The position numbers were made by a program, and so were the translations under genes. Positions 56,776 through 64,000 of a stretch of 64,000 nt of DNA are shown in pieces (the stretch's first letter is position 1; every line of letters starts with the position of its first letter). The notes beneath the pieces are model-generated. The model saw nothing but the letters and a program-made list of their open reading frames with translations. It was not told where the DNA came from and searched no databases. This stretch comes from Eledone cirrhosa (lineage: Eukaryota): the NCBI GenBank assembly GCA_964016885.1, contig OZ024752.1, positions 9,920,001 through 9,984,000 of the forward strand, written 5' to 3'.

Positions 56776-57377
56776 AAAGTAAATCCATAGAATCATTTGA
56801 TAAAATATATACAGTATTTCTTCTCCCAATCAGCTTCATTAACCACATAAAAAATCAATTAAACAAGGCTATAAGTTTAAAATGTACCTATGAAGAAACA
56901 ATAGATAAATAAATGATAGCTATTTTATCCGCGATCCATAGCCACAGTAGATTTACCAAGCATTTCTAGTAGCCCGTAGAAATTGACTAGACTTATAGTT
57001 AACCATACACAATTAGGTACAACATCATATATATATATGTGTATAAATATGTATATATATATATATATATATGTTTAATAACAATATTAGTGAGAGTAAA
57101 TTTTACTCATTTACTAGGTGTACTTTAGCTTAATGCAATGATAATAGTTTTTACTTGCGTGATTTCTATTGATTGTTTTGATTGTAATTAAACTCTGATG
57201 ATACCTATGATTTGTGCTAACTAAAAGCAAATTGTTAAATAAAATAATTAGCTGTCTGTGGCATATTACAATGGGAAGAAACAATTATCTGTGATTAAAC
57301 TCCTTGAAATTTAATTTTGGTTTATAAACAAATTGAAACTCTCTATCTCTTTATCTACTTATCTAATTATCTAATTA

Positions 57378-57495
57378 TTTCTCCCGAATGAAAAAGTTCT
57401 AGTCTTGTAGAAGCCATTTCTATATTATATATTCATACTCTGCTGTGTATTGAGTACCTTACTTACTGTGGTTACTACCGATTGAACCCGGGATA
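57378..57495 (+). mobile_element. Truncated copy of the 53294 HHR family with tail
   Basis: gaatgaaaaagttctagtcttgtagaagc...tactctgctgtgtattgagtaccttacttactgtggtta...gattgaacccggga. Confidence 0.8.
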
Positions 57496-57829
57496 AACTT
57501 ATATCTGTATATTGTATATACAGGTTTCGTCCGGGCTTTGAGAACTTTTGCATGAATTTAGAAAGAGACGCATAGCACATCAATAAAACTCTATATTTAG
57601 ATACAAATTGGTACAAATATTATTTACGATACATTTATATCTATTCAATGACAGGTCTACTTCAATATGGCGTCTCGAGCCTTGTCATACCCGAATAAGA
57701 AGACCTCTATCAATATACGGCATTGTGATGGTAAAGGCGGTTTGACAGGTTTTATAATTTGAGGTCTATGATTGACCTCTCTTTCAACTAGACCCTATAA
57801 TAATAGTTCATGAATTGAGATCTGGCAAG

Positions 57830-57886
<57 letters not shown>

Positions 57887-57916
57887 TATTGGTGCTCTGA
57901 AATAGCGATGTATACA

Positions 57917-58088
57917 TGAATCTATGTATAGTATATTTGGCAATATACCGTATGTTTACTTAAATGCATTTAGAAGAGCATATGCTATCAGTTTTAAAGT
58001 AGTGTCTTAAAACTAATAGCGTATTGTCTTCTAAATGTTTTTAATTCAATATATGGTATATTGCCAAATATACTATACATACATTCAT
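57917..58088. repeat. ~170-bp imperfect palindrome between (TA)n tracts
   Basis: atgaat.tatgtatagtatatttggcaatatacc ... ggtatattgccaaatatactatacata.attcat. Confidence 0.85.
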
Positions 58089-58100
58089 ATATATATATAT

Positions 58101-58292
58101 ATAAAATGATATTAAATAAATGGAAAATAAATTTATAAAACCATATTTATTCTATAGCTTCCATTTATTTAGTTTCCATTTATTTAATATCATTGTATAT
58201 TATACTCCAGAAATCTTGTTGAGTGCTCTGAATCAGTTACAAACATTTATATTTGTTGAATTACCAACAAATTGAATATCCCCTCTGCTTAT
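58101..58292 (+). mobile_element. Fold-back element plus tail (inverse copy at ~12327-12465)
   Basis: aatgatattaaataaatggaaa pairs with tttccatttatttaatatcatt. Tail TACTC (58203)...GAGTG (58221)...atatcccctctgctt. Confidence 0.75.
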
Positions 58293-58382
<90 letters not shown>

Positions 58383-58702
58383 GCATACATATATCCATGT
58401 GTATATGTATAATTATATATAATTATATATAATTATATATAATTACATATGTAGAAATATATAAGTTCCGCCATCAATGTGCATGCTAAAGAGAGTCATT
58501 TATTTTCTTTTATTCGGGCGTTGATAATAGCAGAGTTTATATACCAAGTCTGTTGCCTATTGATTTTGACTGTAAATATTTGTGTGTATCTATCTCTACT
58601 TTCTTCTGTCCAGTCATTTTATGTAAGCACATTCCAAACATCTTAATATTATATAATACCGATGCCATATATGGCTGACGATGTAAAATCTTTTCCTCTT
58701 AT

Positions 58703-58773
<71 letters not shown>

Positions 58774-58778
58774 TATAT

Positions 58779-58885
58779 AATACATAAACAGAGAAAGCCT
58801 TAAGCGATACTCCGACCAAGTCCATCTCACTCAACAAACATTAGGATATACTTAAGTATTATCCAAATTTAGTGTTTGGGGTGCT
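58779..58885 (+). repeat. ~105-bp direct repeat, second copy at 60093-60200
   Basis: aatacataaacagagaaagccttaagcgatactccgaccaa.tccatctcactcaacaaacattaggatatac...tttagtgtttgg. Confidence 0.85.
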
Positions 58886-59481
58886 AACTAATCAGTATTT
58901 CGTGGATAATTGCTGGTATTATTTTATATGAGACATTATTAAATAAATATCTCATTTCTTCCAGACGGCCGTTTCGTTATAAGATTTCTACAATTTGGGA
59001 TAAATAATTTCCAGGTTATGTAGAAACTTGTATATAATCCATAATTTTATACACAAGCGGACACTTATAAAGTCATCAGTGGATGCCCAGTCAATAACAA
59101 TATAAGAATTATATCGACATTAACAGAATGGTGATGGTCTCCCTCAGCGCTATGAAGAGACTGGTAGATTAGAATCCTGCAGTTCTATCAAAGAAAAAAT
59201 ACACACTGCCCCCAAAAGGGTAAAGGGAGGTCATCTTAAAATAAAACAATATACACGCAGGTCATTTAAACCTGTTAGGTATTAACCACGTGTATAAGAA
59301 CTCAATTGGAGATTTAAAAGAATAACCACATGCATACACAACTAATTCACACACAGAGATATTAAAACATAATAAATATATGCATGGATCACCCATACAT
59401 ACACATAGCTTTTCTCTAAGGCTAAATCAGACATGGGATGTAAGGAAGATCAATCAGTATTTCATATAAAAAATAATAATA

Positions 59482-60030
59482 ATCATCATCATCATCATTC
59501 GTCGACTACTGTCGAGATGATGGATCTCACCCTCATGCTCCAGAATTCCCTGTCCCACATCGCTGCCCCCAGGTCCTGTCTACTGATTCCCGTATCCCTA
59601 GAGATAACGTCAGGGAATGACAGCTTCCTACTCCTAGTCATGCTGGAGTCAGGGTTCCAGAGCAGGAGAGCCGATAAGATTTCATTGCTGGCACGGTGAC
59701 AGTGGCCAGCAAATTGAGCTCTCCGGGATTTTAGAAGGGCAGAGGCTCGAGGGAGTTTGCCATAGATTTTAGACAAGGTGGGATGTCGTTTCGAGGATAG
59801 GTTTTGCACTCTCATTAAGAGGCGGGTATATGTGCCATCCAATCTCCTCTCAAGTTGTGATGTTAGTGTCCAAGTTTCGGATCCATGAAGTAATATGGGC
59901 TTAATGGTTGCCTGGAATATTCCCAGTTTTAGCTTGTTGGTAAGTTGAGATGTCCATATGGCGTGCATGTCATTGCACGCTGACCATGCCATACCCTTCC
60001 TGGTTAGAAAATCTTTTTTGGAGGATAATA
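59482..60030 (-). mobile_element. RTE LINE 3' fragment, open frame (165 aa)
   Basis: KDFLTRKGMAWSACN...ATIKPILLHGSETWTL...LDGTYTRLL...FAGHCHRA, then a (GAT)n tail. Confidence 0.92.
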
Positions 60031-60213
60031 ATAATAAAGAGAGTCATACCTTATATCTGGAATCCAAATCATGCTCCCAAGAGTATATATTCAATACATA
60101 AACAGAGAAAGCCTTAAGCGATACTCCGACCAACTCCATCTCACTCAACAAACATTAGGATATACGTAAGTATTTTCCCAATTTAGTGTTTGGTGTGCAA
60201 ATTATATATATAT

Positions 60214-60390
60214 AATTGTTTCTACTTTTAGGCACAAGGCCAGCAAATAATCAGTACATTACTGGTACTTTATTTTATCGACCCCGTAAGGATGAAAGGC
60301 AAAGTTAACCTCGGCGGGATTTGAACTCAGAATGGCAAGGGCCGTAACTCTATGCGGCAAAGCATGGCTACCGACCCTCTACTGATACTG
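60214..60390 (-). mobile_element. Meta-type SINE
   Basis: Reverse-complement consensus. Confidence 0.85.
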
Positions 60391-60565
60391 CGAATCAATG
60401 GAAAACGAAAAATCAGTGATGCCTCGGAGCTCAATTTATTGTGTGTTACAATTGTTTCCCCGGCGAACAGCTCGACGTGCGATACATGTGTAGATCTACC
60501 TGACTCTAGACTCGCAGGTTCCGTCGGGGTCTTGAATATTTTCATATATATATATATATATATAT

Positions 60566-60770
60566 AACGAAGGAAATGTGGTAAGGAACCAGGTGGACCA
60601 TAACGCACCAAAGTACTCAATACTTGAGGTAGTAGAGTGGATAATAGGAACCAGTAAGACCCCGACAGCTGAGCTCAAGCCGTTTCGACGGCTAATTCTG
60701 GACTCAGAATTAGCCGTCCAGAATTAGCCGTCGAAACGGCTTGAGCTCAGCTGTCGGGGTCTTACTGGTT

Positions 60771-60775
<5 letters not shown>
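60566..60775 (-). mobile_element. 'cggc' family fold-back element plus tail
   Basis: Inverted repeat 60644-60775 with a small central duplication (cagaattagccgtc twice). Confidence 0.88.
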
Positions 60776-60816
<41 letters not shown>

Positions 60817-61345
60817 ATCTATAAACAAAAGAGCCGACCTAATCCTAGAATAAAATGTAATCGTTAATCACCATTGCCCTAGGCTCCAGGTGCCACCATA
60901 CAGTTAGTCCATCTCCTGGAATGGTTATTTCAAAGTGCTTGTCACCTCCAGCATCATAGTGGACATGATGTCGTCTCGGCTCTAAATGCACGTTCTTTGA
61001 ATATTATTCATTGAATATTAAGATACATAAGGAAAAATAAAGAAATACACCCATTCACTCACTCTCTACTTCTGTTTCTCTTTCACTCTCTCACACACAT
61101 ATATATATAAATAAATATATGATGTAAATATTTTGAAGGTGAGAAGCTTAGTGGTTACATAATTTCCTTTATTGCTTTTTGCTCTTTCTGCCAGGAATTG
61201 TGACAGCTAGATTGTATCAGAAATGGAAGAACGAATGAAAACTTCCTTTCCTTGGTCCCACGTGACGAGTTCCATCCCGCTTTGTGAATGTATAGACTCC
61301 GAAACCGATCGTCGCATATACACTTTAAGTGTAAGAAACATTCTC

Positions 61346-61387
<42 letters not shown>

Positions 61388-61392
<5 letters not shown>

Positions 61393-61845
61393 TATGTACA
61401 CGTACATACATATATGTATACAGACGTACAGTAGTATGTATATATATATACATACATGCACACATATATATATGTACGTATGGATTAACCGAACATTTAT
61501 TATAATGCTCGGTGTGTTTGTAAACAAACATCCCGTATTAAGCCGTAGTGTCCAGCAACCATCGTTGCTCGTTTGTTCAACACTGACAAAAGAACGCCGT
61601 ACTAGTTTCAAGCTTATTAGCTATCGTCAGCGTTCCCTTGTCAGTGTTGAACAAACGAGCAACGATGGTTGCTGGACACTACGGCTTAATACGGGATGTT
61701 TGTTTACAAACACACTGAGCATTATAATAAATGTTCGGTGAATCCATACGTACATATATATATATATGTGTGCATGTATGTATATATATATATACATACT
61801 ACTGTACGTCTGTATACATATATGTATGTACATGTACATACTTAT
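61388..61845. mobile_element. ~455-bp near-perfect palindrome with an HHR in its loop
   Basis: Arms at 61388-61597 and 61630-61845. Confidence 0.9.
61593..61634 (-). ncRNA. Minimal hammerhead ribozyme
   Basis: aacg-CTGACGA-tAGCTaataAGCTt-GAAA-CTAG-TA-cg, with a palindromic stem III. Confidence 0.8.
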
Positions 61846-62254
61846 ATTTAAGTAACAGCCGTACTAAGAGTGGGAAATGAAATTTCGTTTCATTTTTTCC
61901 GTTTATATATATATTTATATATATATATATAACAGAAAAAGAAGGACAAACAGGGACAGAGATATGAAGTCTCCTTTCAAAATATTTATGTAAAAATTTT
62001 TCTTCCACTTTTTATTATTATTATTTGTATAAATATGGAACTTAACTATATTATGCATACTGCATATCGTCTGTTGACAATGCATATAATGCTGAAACTG
62101 ATACCATTAATAAATGCGGAAATATCCTCTTTATAAATAAATAAATGCTTAGATATTACAATGAAAGAATTTCTTCAGCATTTTCTACTGAAAAATCTTT
62201 CTCCTTTCTACTATTTGTTTATATATATATATCAACTCGTGTGTTACTTTTCTA

Positions 62255-62392
<138 letters not shown>

Positions 62393-63939
62393 ATGTATTG
62401 AAATTTTGTATTTCTAAAGAAATACGGTATGTTTATCGATAAACATTTGGAAAGCCGTAGCTATGCAAATCCCCGGGGCCTTCGCCCTCTGGTGTTGACC
62501 AGCAGAAGCAAGGAGGACAATCTTCGATGCATTTCGAACTTAACTTGTACTTATCAGGACGATCCCTCCCACTCTTGTGACTGTGGGACCTTAAAAAACA
62601 GGCGAGAATATATGGTTTTCTCGTTTGTGTAAATGAGGTGATTAATCTAATTTGCATATGAAGCTGCATAAGATGGCTCAACTTATGGCTAAATCCTATT
62701 TCTATTTCTATATATATTATACGTAGAGTTTAAATTCCGAGTCATAAAAATCTGAGGGCTGATGTTGTATTTTCCGTGGCAAACATTTGCACCGAAGATA
62801 TATGCCGTCAGTTCCTAGATGTGTGGTTGGTCCTACACAAGCCTTCACCACTTAAAACAAAACTTTGTGTGGATAGTTCAACATCAGTTCGCTTTCTCAC
62901 ATTTCCGCCAGCCCTTTGCAGGCGGAGTCCGTGGGCGATGGGGATTGAAATGTCACATAAGACAACGCTATCCAGAGAGTTGAACTTTTGTTGGACACTC
63001 ATACGTCGGGTATCGATGGGAGAGTCCATCATCATATATATATCTATATGCATAACTCTTTGGCATATGTCTGGTGCGCAGCAGGTAATTATTACTCCCC
63101 GAAAGAAAATTTCATATTAATTATTATTCCAGCTCGTAATAAACCGACAACTTGTTCATTGAGGTGAAACTCGTCAATGGCATCGGGTATAAATCTCCAA
63201 AGTTTTAAGCATGCTGAGAATTTGTATAAAGAAACAAGAAACTTTATTTGATCTTGTTGCAAATCACAATTTATTGGTGAACTTCGAGAACTTTTCGCAT
63301 CTACTGTTATGGTGAAACTGTGTCATAAATCATTGCTCAGTATTTAAATTCTTTTTAAATGTGAATTGGTTTATCGGCCTAAAATTATTTCTAAATTTAT
63401 GTTGATCTGCCATATTATACATTTCCTATAACTGAATCTATTATAGCATAGACTCTCATGCATTAACGTATATCATTCTGTTTAGTGAGATGATATAGAA
63501 CTATTCCATTATATGACTCGAGCAGTATCAGGCTTTGCTTTTGTATTGCTGTGGTCAGGATACAGCCCACGGCTATGAAGTGCAGGGAAACGTAGTTTAT
63601 GTTTAATATTTAATTTATTTTGTTGCCAAATGAATGCACGTCATATGAGTTAGATTGTACATTTCAGCTATATACTACAGTCCGGCTGAGATGTTCAGCA
63701 ATGTTATAGAAAATATATTCTGAAGACACATTCATACGCGTCCTTATCTTTTGAAATGCAAAAGTTCTAGTTTCATCTACATTAAAATGTCTTTCAATAT
63801 ATGCAAATAGACACACACGCACTACATACATACACATACACACACACACACATATGTATACGCATATATATACACACACACACATATATACGCACATATA
63901 TACACATACGCTCGCAGACACACACACACACACACACAC

Positions 63940-63984
<45 letters not shown>

Positions 63985-64000
63985 TATAAACAAATACACA

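Overview
This is AT-rich eukaryotic non-coding DNA, almost certainly from a cephalopod (Octopus-like). That call is inferred from the very long (TA)n/(CA)n tracts plus tRNA-derived CORE-type and Meta-type SINEs. I can support no intact protein-coding gene. Most ORF-track entries are (TA)n translations, and the recognisable ones are decayed non-LTR retrotransposon fragments (RTE/Expander, CRE-type restriction-like endonuclease, and one Vingi-like 3' end found outside the track). The main signal is about 20 type-I hammerhead ribozyme (HHR) motifs from many unrelated families. Many lie in 100-450 bp fold-back elements inserted in (TA)n microsatellites, often with an asymmetric 3' tail carrying a shared TACTC...GAGTR hairpin. 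This fits severely 5'-truncated, TA-targeting Penelope-like elements with inverted pseudo-LTRs. One such tail is fused to a full-length tRNA-Phe(GAA) copy. The window also has tandem SINE arrays, nested insertions with TSDs, a LINE-derived minisatellite and Tc1/mariner-type MITEs. All folds and alignments were done by eye, and repeat boundaries are approximate.
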